DNA of 63,717 bases, the filler included, from Reticulomyxa filosa (lineage: Eukaryota > Protista > Foraminifera): the NCBI GenBank assembly GCA_000512085.1. It is 18 parts of 18 records of this genome, joined end to end, with 100 filler letters (N's around TTAATTAATTAA, not from the genome) between each part and the next. Parts side by side here need not be neighbours in the genome. Positions count along the whole stretch, not along the records: positions 1 to 3,809 come from ASPP01008110.1; positions 3,910 to 6,147 come from ASPP01019399.1; positions 6,248 to 9,998 come from ASPP01000551.1; positions 10,099 to 12,497 come from ASPP01019975.1; 14 more parts are not named here. One strand, given 5' to 3'. The first letter of the stretch is position 1. The number at the start of each line of letters is the position of its first letter. A program made the position numbers and the translations under genes. Shown one piece after another: positions 1 through 12,480 of this stretch. Under the pieces are notes generated by a model, which did not search any database, had not been told where the DNA came from, and worked only from the letters and a program-made list of their open reading frames with translations.

Positions 1-46
1 TATATACATATATGTATATATGTATATATATATATATATATATAAC

Positions 47-955
47 TCAACCAAGGTGAATGTCATCTCGATAATTAGCATTACCAGTGGCATCCTGTAG
101 CCGCAGCTGTTGCTTGGAGACGTTGCTATAGAATTGGAGATAGCACTGGAAGAGGTGAATCTGCCTGTCTGGGTCGTGGTGCGGGAAGTCGCAGCCTCGG
201 ATGGTACATAACAGCCGAACCTTCTGTTGGAACTCTTTGAGTTTGGTGACCATGTGGTCGAGGTTTCGGGTAAATTCTTGGGTGAGCTTGCACATTGGAA
301 TGATAACGTCGCGATGGATGAATATCTTCAAATACTTTTTCAACTGGGAATATCCGCAATGCACTTGGAAGCAAGGGTTAACTTGGCCTCGCAACATCAG
401 TGGCAACCAATCACCGATTCGAAACACTCCGTATTCACGCTTGATTTCTTCCTTACATTTCTCCCACAGACTTTGCAATTGATAGATTGCATGTCCGATC
501 AACAGCCATCGACCGTAAAACACGTAACACATCTTTATAAAGTCCTCTTGCAATACTCCATGAATCACTTCCAAGTTAGCCGTTATCACATTACTCCAAT
601 AACGCGCTCGCTCTTTCAATGTCTTAAATTCGTTCGATTTGGTCTGCTGTCGGAACGTCGCTTGACAAAACTGCTTCTGCAAATTCTCCACGTCATTGAA
701 AAACGTAAACTGCACACATTGTGGCATATCCTTTATTGTCAGCGGCACGATCGTCGTCGGAGGGACTTCCGTTCTTGGTTCCGTCGATGTTGCTATCACC
801 GTTCCTGATTCTGTCTTTTCTTCTTCTTCTTCTTCTTCCTCTTTTTCTTCTTCTTTTTCTGCGTTCTCGTCTTCTTCTTCTCTTTCCTCCATTCTAAATT
901 CTGTCACACTCCTCTCTTCTATTTCTCCATTTGTATCCTCAGTCAAAATGTCCAT
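47..955 (-). CDS. Hypothetical protein, acidic N-terminus, probably 3'-partial (continues through an intron off the window)
   Basis: 302-aa ORF with a Glu-rich N-terminus and a helical-looking body. It ends next to a (TA)n tract typical of introns in this window. No family recognised. Confidence 0.55.
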   Translation of the reverse strand: MDILTEDTNGEIEERSVTEFRMEEREEEDENAEKEEEKEEEEEEEEKTESGTVIATSTEPRTEVPPTTIVPLTIKDMPQCVQFTFFNDVENLQKQFCQATFRQQTKSNEFKTLKERARYWSNVITANLEVIHGVLQEDFIKMCYVFYGRWLLIGHAIYQLQSLWEKCKEEIKREYGVFRIGDWLPLMLRGQVNPCFQVHCGYSQLKKYLKIFIHRDVIIPMCKLTQEFTRNLDHMVTKLKEFQQKVRLLCTIRGCDFPHHDPDRQIHLFQCYLQFYSNVSKQQLRLQDATGNANYRDDIHLG

Positions 956-1286
956 TTGTTTTTATTCTATATAGTCTCAACAAAATATCGTTGATTTTTA
1001 AAAAAAAAAAGGATGTTCAATTAATTCTTTTTCCATTTTGCTAAAAAAAGTGTCACTTTTTTTTTTTTTGGGGCTTTGTGAAAGTCAGAAACTTGATTGT
1101 TTTGAAACAGAAATTTTAACTGATCATTTTGTATAAAATACAATTTCCAACACTTGCATTAGTAAAATAAAACGAATGTACATTGTCTCTTCTTTTTTTT
1201 TAAAACGACGGGGGAGAGTGAGTAATGAGAGTGGAGGATAAGAAAAAAAGGGAAGTTGGAGGAGAAAAAAAGTGAATGTTTTTGTC

Positions 1287-1994
1287 ATGGCGCATCTTTA
1301 CACAGAAATTGATGATGTGTCACCGTATTTGAAAGTACGACGAAAATTTCATACTGAGGAATCATGGAATAAACTTGTCAGCAAATTGAAAACAGTTATG
1401 TTTAAAAAGAAAACACGAAACACTCTCTCCCCAAAACTTGAAGATATGTTCGTTAAACCAAAAGTGTATGTTGTTAAACAGACGACAACAGTGTACGTGG
1501 GAAATTTGTCATATTACACAGATGAAGAACAATGCTATGCATTATTTTCATTGTGTGGGCCAGTGCGACGTGTGATAATGGGGATAAATAAATTCACACA
1601 TCTCCCTTGTGGGTTTTGTTTTGTTGAATACTATTTTCGCAAAGACGCAGTAACAGCGAGAAACAACCTGAACGGGTCCAAATTGGACGACCGTGTGATA
1701 CGTGTCGATTTGGACCCCGGGTTTGAGCAAGGTAGACAATACGGACGTGGCACTACGGGGGGACAGGTAAGGGATGACCGAAGAACAGACTACGATGAGG
1801 GCAGAGGGGGGCTCCCTCCTCGCGTCAAACAAAAAATGGAAATTGAACAACAAATGCATGAACATATGACTACTGCCACTGACAAAGATGACACCCACGA
1901 AAAAGGGCTCACTGAACCCCATGAGACAAATGAACCACATGAGTCCAATGACCACTTTGGACCACCTCCTAACAAAAGACAAAAGCTTATGTAA
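1287..1994 (+). CDS. NCBP2: Nuclear cap-binding protein subunit 2 (CBP20), RRM
   Basis: [34 protein letters not shown] and [26 protein letters not shown] are hallmark CBP20 motifs. ATG at 1287, TAA stop. Confidence 0.95.
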   Translation: MAHLYTEIDDVSPYLKVRRKFHTEESWNKLVSKLKTVMFKKKTRNTLSPKLEDMFVKPKVYVVKQTTTVYVGNLSYYTDEEQCYALFSLCGPVRRVIMGINKFTHLPCGFCFVEYYFRKDAVTARNNLNGSKLDDRVIRVDLDPGFEQGRQYGRGTTGGQVRDDRRTDYDEGRGGLPPRVKQKMEIEQQMHEHMTTATDKDDTHEKGLTEPHETNEPHESNDHFGPPPNKRQKLM

Positions 1995-2560
1995 CATCCT
2001 TTTTTTTATTAATACGTTTTCTTGCTAACAGATTTTATCCTCTTTTTATTATTATTTTTTTCCAAGAAAAGTCTTGGAATCCATTAAATAACTTCCTTCG
2101 TCTTTTTTTTCAAATGTTGTCTTCCAGAAAAAAAATTAATAGTAATAATGATAATTGTTATTATTTGGGAAAAATATAAACAAACCCAAAAAAAAAAAAA
2201 ATCACTCCTCGTTACGTTTAAAAAAGCAAATTTCTCTTGCAATAGTATTTAATTTTCAATTTCATTTCATGATGCGCTCTATGCCTTCTTGTTTTAATTT
2301 ATTCACTTGAAAAGATCCTCTGCTATCATATTTAATTGTGATACACATTTTACATTTTTCGGGCTTCTCTTTTAATTTTCATTATATGCATGTTTTTACG
2401 TGTTTCGAGTTGCATAAAAATATATTAAAATTAAAACATAAATATTTTCTTTTTTTTTTTGCGACGTTTAATTAAAAGTAAGATACCCTCTCGTCCTGAA
2501 GGGGCTCCCCGATTTTAAGTTTGTTCTTGAGTGAAAAAGAACTTTGTGTAATAAAATGCA

Positions 2561-3225
2561 ATGACCGCCCCTGTTGAAAAGGAATCACAAATTTACAAAG
2601 ACATTCGCAAGAATGCATTAAAATTTAAGAAAGCAGGTGCCTTGAAAGGCATCTCAAAGCCAAAGTTATGTGCAACAAAACTGGTCCAAACAAATTTGGT
2701 AGGTAGGATAAAGGGAAAGACACATACATGAACACAAGACGATAGGCACTAAAATTAAAAAAAACATACACACAATGGACCAAAAAAACAAGGAAAAAGG
2801 CGAAACAATCAAAGCGACACAAAGTAAGGGATTTGGACACAAACGAGAGTGAAACAAAGAGACAAAAGGCGGACGAAAATATGGACAAAAAAAATGAAAC
2901 CGAAAAAGGCAAGGAAGGGGACGAACAAATAAAGATAGAAGATGGAATATATGACGAGACGGAACAAAAACAAAGCAATGGGAGAGCGGAAGAAAATGAT
3001 CCAACCGACGAAAAAAGTGAGAAAAAATTTAAGTCGGCGTTTGAAAATGCGTTGGAACGCTTGACGCCTGCGGAAAAACAATTTTTATCCAGACAAAAAG
3101 AAATGGAAAATTATGTCATTTCAAAACAATGCCAATTCACCCATCGTCAGAAAATTGAAAAATACAACAAACAGTTGTCCGAACTGAGTGAACATTATGA
3201 TGTTCCTAAAGTTGGTCCTGGATAG
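2561..3225 (+). CDS. FAM32A: FAM32A-like (DUF1754) nuclear protein, 2 exons (2561-2664, 2793-3225)
   Basis: C-terminus LTPAEKQF..THRQKIEKYNKQLSELSEHYDVPKVGPG*. A phase-compatible GT..AG intron at 2665-2792 joins MTAPVEKESQIYKDIRKNALKFKK to it. Confidence 0.85.
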
Positions 3226-3809
3226 CTTTTCTTTTTTTTTAAATTTAATTTATTTCTTCTTCTCTCCCTCTTTTTTTAATTGTTGAAATCAACTGACTCG
3301 CTGCAAAAAAAAACGTTCACTTTGTATCATTATTATTATTCAAATGCTAATTTCCAGATTAAAAAGATAATTTTACAACCTTTAATATATTTGCAACTTG
3401 TTTTTTCAGTAATTTTTGAAAAACACACAAATTGACCTGAGGAGGATATTCAGACAAAAAACTGAACTTAAAAAAAAGACCCCTTTAAGTAAAGAAACAT
3501 TATCAATCAACAAGCAAATATCTAGCTCGATACATAATGACTCAACCAGGCCACTCACATGAAGAGTCAATAGTGCGCTTGCAAGGTATTTATTTGAACA
3601 GTCTTTGCTTGTTTCCTTGGTGTAGTTCAACGACAATGAAAACACAGAGGCACGAAGAGTGAGCGGATACAAACAGCCCGAAAACTCACAACGTGTGCAC
3701 ATCCAATCGGAGACGTTGTCAGCACTGAAGATGAAGCAAATTGTGACAAGTGAAGCGAAGCGATTATCACAGATACAGCCAAACGACGAAGTAACAAAAA
3801 AAAAAAAAA

Positions 3810-3909
3810 NNNNNNNNNNNNNNNNNNNNNNNNNNNNNNNNNNNNNNNNNNNNTTAATTAATTAANNNNNNNNNNNNNNNNNNNNNNNNNNNNNNNNNNN
3901 NNNNNNNNN
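3810..3909. other. Artificial contig spacer N44-TTAATTAATTAA-N44. Further copies start at 6148, 9999, 12498, 13613, 15461, 16821, 22089, 23496, 26080, 35724, 44759, 49343, 53886, 57234, 60901 and 62399.
   Basis: Identical 100-nt block with stop codons in all six frames, flanked by N runs. Confidence 0.97.
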
Positions 3910-4680
3910 AAAAGGTTCCAAAGTTCACTTGTAGTGCGAGAATTACTTATTACAACATCATGAGTACTACAAATTTTTCCATTTGATTTTTAAAATTTTT
4001 GTAAAAATTTGGCAGTTGTGTTTTTCTGTATTCATGAAATTTGTTAATTTTTTAAAAAATGTTTGGATAGTAGACTTTGAGTAGATAATTTTATTAGTCG
4101 TGACTTTCATGACGAAAATCGATATCTCTATAAGGTGCACTTGTGCTATTTTTTATTCAATGTGCTATTATCATTAATAGCTTTAAAATTGCATATATAA
4201 AAAATATGCATATGCCCAACAAACAGCCTCGTTGTTTTTCCAAACTTGTCAACATATAGTTTTTTACATATTTGATCAACTAAAACAACGAAGTGCAAAA
4301 ACGCTGATATTACCTACAGCACGAAAATCGTAATTCTCATCCTACCGTTGCCAGATCATGATTTTTCACTGGTTCTGTGCTGCTCTCTTGAATTTCTACT
4401 CTTGTTTTTTTGAGGCAAAGCATTGATTTTATAATAGCATAAGTCTTAAGAGCTCCTGACATGGAATATTTTTATTTTTAAAAACAGATTTTGCGTACAT
4501 ACTTTTACCTATCTTGTTTTGCGTTTGCAACTGTACCACAAATCAATTTAGAAACCGATGCCTATTTTCTATGTCAAGTATGTATAAGCATTTTTGGGCA
4601 AATTTAAATTAACTTTTAAATAACGCAAAACGTTTCGTACTTGTGGTTCCGAAGCAATTTCGAAAAAAAATAAATAAAAA

Positions 4681-5358
<678 letters not shown>

Positions 5359-5571
5359 TGCGCTTGCAAAAAAAAAAGAAATATTTCTTCAAAGATCTCC
5401 TAAAAACAGCAACAATAAAACCAATATTGCAACGGACTCTGGTGAAGTCGCAGACTTTCAAAAAACGAATAAACAAAATTAAAATAAATTATTTATTTTT
5501 CTGATATATCAAATTATATTATTCCTATTAGAATATTCTTCCAATTTTTGTATTTTTACTCCAATTTCATA

Positions 5572-5720
5572 AAGCGATCAGGAGAAAATCTTGCTTTCAT
5601 TACATCATATTGATGTTCTTGCAAATAGTGTGTTAATTTACCTGATTTAATATCCCAAATTTGATTAGAATTATGTGATGCCGCAACTTGTTGATTATCT
5701 GGAGAAAATTCTACTATCCT
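5572..5720 (-). pseudogene. WD40-repeat fragment
   Basis: Minus strand reads VEFSPDNQQVAASHNSNQIWDIKSGKLTHYLQEHQYDVMKARFSPD. Isolated fragment. Confidence 0.6.
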
Positions 5721-5889
5721 TTATCTCGGAAAAAGTGTCTCAATAAGTCTAAGAAGAGTAAGCCACAAATATGTAGCAAAACAAAAGTATTAGTGGTGTT
5801 TTTTCCTAATTTGGAGTAGCTTTTTGGTAAGGGTTTGAGACAAGGTGAAAAAAAAGTGCGTCAAATTCAAATAGATACTTTTAAAAAGA

Positions 5890-6147
5890 GAAAATATAAC
5901 TGTGACGATAAAACAGTTAGATGGGACAATATTTACTGTCAAATTACCTCCAACTGTGACAGTGAGAGATTTGAAGCGAACGACTGAACAATAACGTAAC
6001 ATATCACCCAAACGGCAAAGACTGATCTTCAAAGCACAAGCGCTGAGAACTGACGGAAGTGCATTGTCAGAATATGGGGTTGTGGATCAGTCGACACTAC
6101 ACGTAGTCATTCGTCCATTAGGAAGTGTATCAGCCAACAACAACGAT
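5890..6147 (+). pseudogene. Ubiquitin-like (UBL) N-terminal domain with an in-frame stop, truncated by the gap
   Basis: ENITVTIKQLDGTIFTVKLPPTVTVRDLKRTTEQ*RNISPKRQRLIFKAQAL..LSEYGVVDQSTLHVVIR. TAA at 5992-5994. Confidence 0.75.
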
Positions 6148-7199
6148 NNNNNNNNNNNNNNNNNNNNNNNNNNNNNNNNNNNNNNNNNNNNTTAATTAAT
6201 TAANNNNNNNNNNNNNNNNNNNNNNNNNNNNNNNNNNNNNNNNNNNNTTACTTTTTTGTCTTTTGAAATTAATAGATTTGCGTTTCTATTATAAATTGCA
6301 CTTATGAAAAAATACTCAGTCAGTGGAACCAACGAGTAAATGGAGTATTTTCCAATCAAGCTAAGCGTTGCTATGGTGCTATGAATCTGCGGTCAAAGTT
6401 TGCAAAGATTGACTGCATAAGGAGCGGAAGAGCAAATGTACATCGCTGTTAGCAGAGTCGCTTTATGTACCGTCTCCAGTCTTTGTGTCATCGCATGCTT
6501 CCCAAATCGTTTTTCAGCCATTCTAACACCAACTCTAATTCTTCACTTTGCATTCTAATAAGTAAACGGGATCTGTTGTCTTTTTTTTTGTACAAATGAT
6601 TATTCAGATAAAACAAACAAACAAATAAATAAACAAATATAATACACATACATATACATATATATATATAATGGTTGAAACTTGAAAGCAATAATAACTT
6701 GCAGCTACCCTACAAACAACACCAACCGAATTTTCCGGTCTCCACTCCGTGTTATTTTTTGTTCCCGTCGTATGTTTGCTGGTAACATTCCAAATTCTTG
6801 TTCTTCTACATCTTCATTATTTTTTCTTTTTCTTCTGTTTCTGTTTGCCATTCACATATGTGTTTGATCTTTGTTCACTTTTTTTTTTGCAATATGTATG
6901 TTCCCCTCATTGTCACAACACCCTCCAATAAATGCACTCACTCACATGCACACAAAACTCTTTTTTTAAATCCTCAAGTGGCAAAGATTTCTTACTGTTT
7001 CTTTTTTGCCATTATCACCACTGTGGATATCACTTCGATTGAGTCTATTCATCACTGCTTCATTTACTGTGGACAATACCACCGAATGACATAACAAATA
7101 AGTTTTTTTTTTTTAAAAAAGGTATTAATTGACGAATTGTTTTGGGCTTTTTGATAGGAAGAGAAGGAGTAGGAGAAGGAGATTGAGAACGATGACAAT

Positions 7200-7670
7200 G
7201 CAAATAACGTGAAGCATAATAAATGGAATCAATACATTGGTGATCATAACAAAGCTATTTCGATTGGAAGGATTGACGATGATTACAAAGGTGTACGTGT
7301 AATAATTGGTGGAAATAACCAACATTTATTATTTATCACTTATAGTGAAAATAATATAAGTATTTTTAACTTATTAACATTCGAATTTATTTTGCATGAT
7401 AAATTACCTATTGCTTCATGGATACTATATCATTGTTTTACAATAGTACAAACAAATATACATGAAAAAAATACAAAAATGATATTATTTCATAAAAATA
7501 TAGGTCTTGCTATATATTATAATCAAATAGAAAATAAAATTTTTTTAAATAAATTATCTGTTGATAATAATATTTCATTATTGCAATCATATTCATATGT
7601 TGGTACAAGTGATCAAATTTTGATTTTTGGTGGATTTAATAGCGAAAATAAGTCAGTTTCAATAAAAGCA
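7200..7670 (+). pseudogene. Kelch-like beta-propeller repeat fragment
   Basis: IGRIDDDYKGVRVIIGGNNQHLLFITY..YHCF..YSYVGTSDQILIFGGFNS (Kelch GG motifs). No start codon, and the 3' end runs into a repeat array. Confidence 0.6.
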
Positions 7671-7674
7671 CTAA

Positions 7675-7870
7675 GGACTTACATTGAAATGATACTTTTC
7701 ATCATTCTCAATATAAGGGCATTAAGCTTTTATAAAAGCCTTAAGGTCTGACTTTGACATGACGATAATTTTCATCATTCTCAAAGTCAAAGCCTTAAGG
7801 CTTTTAGAATAGCCTTAAAGGCCTAATCTTTAAGATGAGGATAGCTTTCTTCATTCTTAATAAAAGGCCA
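7675..7870. repeat. Degenerate ~73-76 bp tandem repeat (about 2.5 copies) with palindromes
   Basis: GATA..TTTTCATCATTCTCAA-like unit at 7691, 7764 and 7840. Perfect 16-bp palindrome AAAGCCTTAAGGCTTT at 7789-7804. Confidence 0.7.
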
Positions 7871-8199
7871 TTACTGCTATATGGCAATCGCTACCTTTTT
7901 TTTTTATATAGATTTTTTTTATAATAAATAGAAAATAAAAAAATTTTGCAATTTTTTTGACTTATTTTAGAAAAATTAATTTATTGCAAATTACACTGTT
8001 CCATAGCTACAATAACACACTTATGAGTCCAAAAACGAACAAATGTTTATTCTAAGCATATTGAAAGATTATCAACTAATAAATGTTATAAACAATTAGA
8101 GCGTGTATAAAATGTGTGTTTTATGCATGAAATAAGTTCAACTCATTTTTTTTTTATCAAATAAAAATTTGACCAAAAAAGACAAAGACAATAAAAAAG

Positions 8200-9830
8200 T
8201 TTTAGTTTATGCGGCGACCGTGCCAGGATAGTGCGCAGTTCAAATCTGACCTCCAAACAATTCAACTCGATCATTACTTGTTTTTTTCTGCAGTTGATAG
8301 CTTTCTTAGTTTGTGGATCACGACGTCATCGTTAACCTCTTCGTCTTCATCGATTGTCTTCATTTGGTCGTTGTCAATCCCTTTTAATCACTGTTCCTTG
8401 TCAACGTCAGTTTCCTTCATTCGACGCGAGGTCATCATTGGATTGGTCCACTGGAGGTTCCACTTCCAAGTCTTCCGGAATGGTCTCCTGCCTTTCTCTT
8501 CACAATTTCCAATTCGCTGCGCGGCTTCGCTATCGATTCCACATCGTTGGCACTAGCAAAGTAGCCATGGTCGCGTTTGCAATCAAAATACCTTTTGTTG
8601 TTGTTGCTGTTGTTTGTTTCATCACATTCCACCTCCATCTTTCTATCTATCATGTCTCATCAATGTTACCAAAATTTCATCCCCTTCTCTCATTTCGACA
8701 AGAAAGAAGACAACACAAGTTCGTTTTGGCCTATTTTTCGCTCACAAAGCGTCCATCACTGCCATGTTCGATGGGATCATCAAGCTCCAATCCGACCGTA
8801 TGGCATTTACCATTGGCGTCTTGTCGATATATTTCACAACGCCTGTTAGTTTTTCTTCAAGTCATTGCAATGTATCCTTCTTTTAATTTGCATGTGTGTG
8901 TTTGTCCAATGGACACGGCCAAGCAAAGAAAGACATTATCAAACCTCTCAAATGAATGCAGTAGAGTGGAGTTTACCAATTAAAAAAAAACACATATTTT
9001 TTTATCTTTAAGCATAACCGATCCCCAATGTCAAAGAATGAATCTTCAGTGCCGATTTTTTCCAAGCGCTTGATGATCATTTCTTTTTCCATGATTATTT
9101 TTGCACTCAAAATAAGCTTGTCCGCGACTATCCCATTATGTCCTTTGGCGCTTGCTTCGTCTAGCTCATATCTGACATCTTGGCAAAATGGACTTTTCCA
9201 ATTTATTTGACCACACCTATTATATACATATATACATATATACATATACATTTAAAAAAAACCTTTTTGATTTTCAATCATTTCCACTCGGTCATCAACG
9301 ACATAATCGCACGTTTTACTCTTGTTTTGTCCCTTGTTCTTGTTAACTCCTCGCCGTGTGGTTTTTTTCTCTCCCCAACCTGTTGCCACACTATGGAAGG
9401 CTCTTTCTTGTAATGGTGCGACTGGAAGGATGCTACGACTGGCCATCGGCGCTACTTTCTCTCAGTGGGCCCTCGTCGTCGTCCAAGCGCGGCTGCGTTG
9501 GACTTGCTTCGTTCTGTGAGCTCATCGGGCTTAGCAAAGTTTTCCATGTCGTCCGTGTTCGTCGTTGGCTCTTGTGTGTATTGCAAAATCCCTTTTTTTT
9601 GCAATTCCAAACGATCTGCGCACACTCAGTCGTCGGTTCAGTGTTTGTGCCATTGATTGCAGTCTTGGTGCTATGTCCTTCGCTTCAAGTATTCCAAGCT
9701 TTGCCGATCTTGCTTTGGAGAGTCGCGTTGTTAGATGCGATTGTAAGCTGTCTCGTCTTTCATTACACTAATTTTTTCTTCTGCTCTAGTCGTCCGAAGA
9801 TAAATCTTATATCCATTCGTTTGCATGTTT
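8200..9830 (-). pseudogene. CAP-Gly domain protein, disrupted
   Basis: Minus strand: IGDRL, GVVKYIDKT, VGLELDDPIEHGSDGR and KRYFDCKRDHGYF (CAP-Gly pattern), spread over frames with stops and frameshifts. Confidence 0.6.
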
Positions 9831-10098
9831 GCCATAACACAGTACAATACAACACACAAAACCACCCCGTTGTTCGGTTTGAGTGATCTTGATATAACTC
9901 AAAACGTGTAGGTAGTCTTATATTCTCTTAGTTTCGATATTTTCAAAAAAAAAAAGCTCATTGCAATGAACCAAATCCTTGCGTTACACGAAAAAAAANN
10001 NNNNNNNNNNNNNNNNNNNNNNNNNNNNNNNNNNNNNNNNNNTTAATTAATTAANNNNNNNNNNNNNNNNNNNNNNNNNNNNNNNNNNNNNNNNNNNN

Positions 10099-12480
10099 GG
10101 CCGGCGCACATAAATGACCAACTATAACAGCAAGTCTGTGTGATGCCGTAAATTGAGTTCTTTCGAATGTTATGGCAATGCCCCATCAAGTATTCATTTT
10201 GGACGATTAAACGGGCTCGGTGGAAGTTGATAACATTGAAAGACTCCGTCCACTACAGCACTATCATTTCTTGAGTGACGACCTTGACAATAATAAATTC
10301 TTCCACTTCTCGAATCCGAGTGATTCTGTTTTTGGTAACCAAATAATTCGTATCCACAGCAACGACGTCTTTAGAATGAGGATGGAGTGAGTATGATACA
10401 ATCGACTGCTGACACTGACCTTGCCCAAGTATCCACCTAGCAGGACCCAGCGTCCACTCCCAACACTTTGAGACAATTCATTGGCTTGTTTCACCAAATA
10501 ACGGAGCGACTTTTGAATCGTCGATTCGATTATCGATAGTCACGACATTGTTGCTTTTCGTAACAGATGACGTAGCTCTTCCGCGCACACCGAGCCAAAG
10601 TCTATTGAATACAGAAATGGCGTGCAAATATTGGCATACACACAACACCAGTCCAATATCTTGCAACAATTGACAATGGAGAACATGTTCCGAATTTCCA
10701 TTTTCACAATCTTCCATCAGCTTCCATTGCGACACACTATGACAAGCCAGTATATGCCCGAGGATGCGCAAAGTCGCCAGTCGCTTGCGTAAAGAGCCAT
10801 TTCATAGCTAAACGCAGCAAAGCCGACAATAGTTTTTTTTTATTAAAAAAAAAAAAAAATAATAATCCAACGATGTATAGTCTTTCTCGGAGTCTTGGAG
10901 CTCTTTCTCATCCTCTTCCGATGTCGTGGTTTGCTCGACCGCCACATGTAACAGCTTTCACTTCATTTTCTTCATATTTTTCTACTTCTTCAGTAAATCT
11001 CATCACTGCGATGCCGTAATATTCATATCGTTAGTACTTTGCGCGATATCATCACATTTTCCTTCTCTTTTATCTTGGAAACTGGATCTTGGTCTGCAAA
11101 ATCAAGATTGTCTGGGATTTATTTGAGAGAATCTTGTCCAGCTGTTATAATGCAATATCACGATTGGATTCTTTCAAAATACGAAGTCCATCCGTTCTCG
11201 TCGGCCTTGGACATGGTCGTTATTGGAAATGCTATCATTACGACGTTTGGACTGGCGCGATCTAAGGAGGGAGGATATTACTATTTTATTCTTCTTATTC
11301 AGTCTTGGACTTATTCTATTATTTTTCTTTCTTGTTGCTTGCGTGCCACGATTCAACTGCATTACAATTCAAAACTCACGTCGATTCGAACCCAACTCAA
11401 ATTTATACAAAGTTGCCATGGGCTGACGGACGACTTGTTGGATGCAACTCGATACTTGTATCCGCCGCATTATCTGGCAGGTGCCGATTCCGGAGACAGT
11501 TCAGCAAAAGTGAGCAATCCATAAACTAGTACCAATTTCCACAACGACAAGTTTTTCTTGTTCATCAGCGGTCGTCTTGCTGTCTTGCTAACATTTTCAA
11601 ATACAATTTCTTTGTGTCGTAATTCTGATTTCGCTATTTTATTAGCTCTTTCTTTGGGCGCCGTTGGAATTGGATGACGCATCACCACCACTGATTCCAA
11701 TGCTTGAGCACATGAAAGAGGTCTGCGTCATGGTTTGCCTGTCGTTATGGTCTTTGTTGTTGTTGTTGTTGAACGTTCGCTATCACATTTCAAAATAGAG
11801 ATACAGCATTGTCAACAAAAATCCATTTACGATTACTACCATTGCATACGAAATCAGCAAAATCAGGCCGCGCTTTTCCTGTTACGCAAGATATCAGGTA
11901 CATACCACAAAATGCTATTACCGCTATCAACCACAGTTTTTCGCTTTAGTGTCAGCATCTGTTTCTATATACACATAATACACACGTATCCATTTTTTTT
12001 TTTTTTTTAATAAAAAAAGATCTTGCATTGTGAGTAAGTATAAACACACGTGGGTTTGTGTGCAGTGTTCATTGCATAAAGCGAAATGAATGTGAGATCG
12101 CAAATAACCAAAATATCGTAAAGAAGCATTGATATTTTTATCCTTTTTTTTCGATAAATCGCAATTCCACTCCCTCTTTGATGCTGTGCCATCCCTTGTA
12201 GAGTTTCAGTGCCAGACCGAATTCCATTTGAACTGCTCCTACTGTTTTTGTTGAATGATAATCATCCGCAGAGACTTGTCTACGCATACGCTGATGGGCG
12301 AACAAATCTTTCCAATAATTTAGGTTGGCACTGCCTTGATATTGCCACACCCGTCTAGCAGTTCCATTGGGGAGGAGGGGCGCTATGGGAAGTTCGTTCA
12401 TATCTGACAACGCGCAAAATCGCCACTCGTGTTCATAAAGAGCCATTCCATAATCAAACGCGGCAAAGCCTAGAAACGAT
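10099..12480 (-). pseudogene. Unassigned repeated-domain protein, partly decayed
   Basis: Two homologous exon starts, GFAAFDYGMALYEHEWRFCA (12470 downward) and GFAAFSYEMALYASDWRLCA (10824 downward). Stops and frameshifts elsewhere. Confidence 0.45.

Noticed and set aside
3810-3909. Recurring TTAATTAATTAA palindrome between N runs as a biological repeat or CRISPR-like array
   Set aside because: Identical 100-nt six-frame-stop linker used to concatenate contigs. It is an assembly artefact.
5992-5994. In-frame TAA/TAG in UBL, AHCY and other regions as evidence of stop-codon reassignment
   Set aside because: Conserved genes end at their expected C-termini with TAG (FAM32A), TGA (ATM) and TAA (E2). 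Long intact exons have no internal stops, and the affected loci also have frameshifts.
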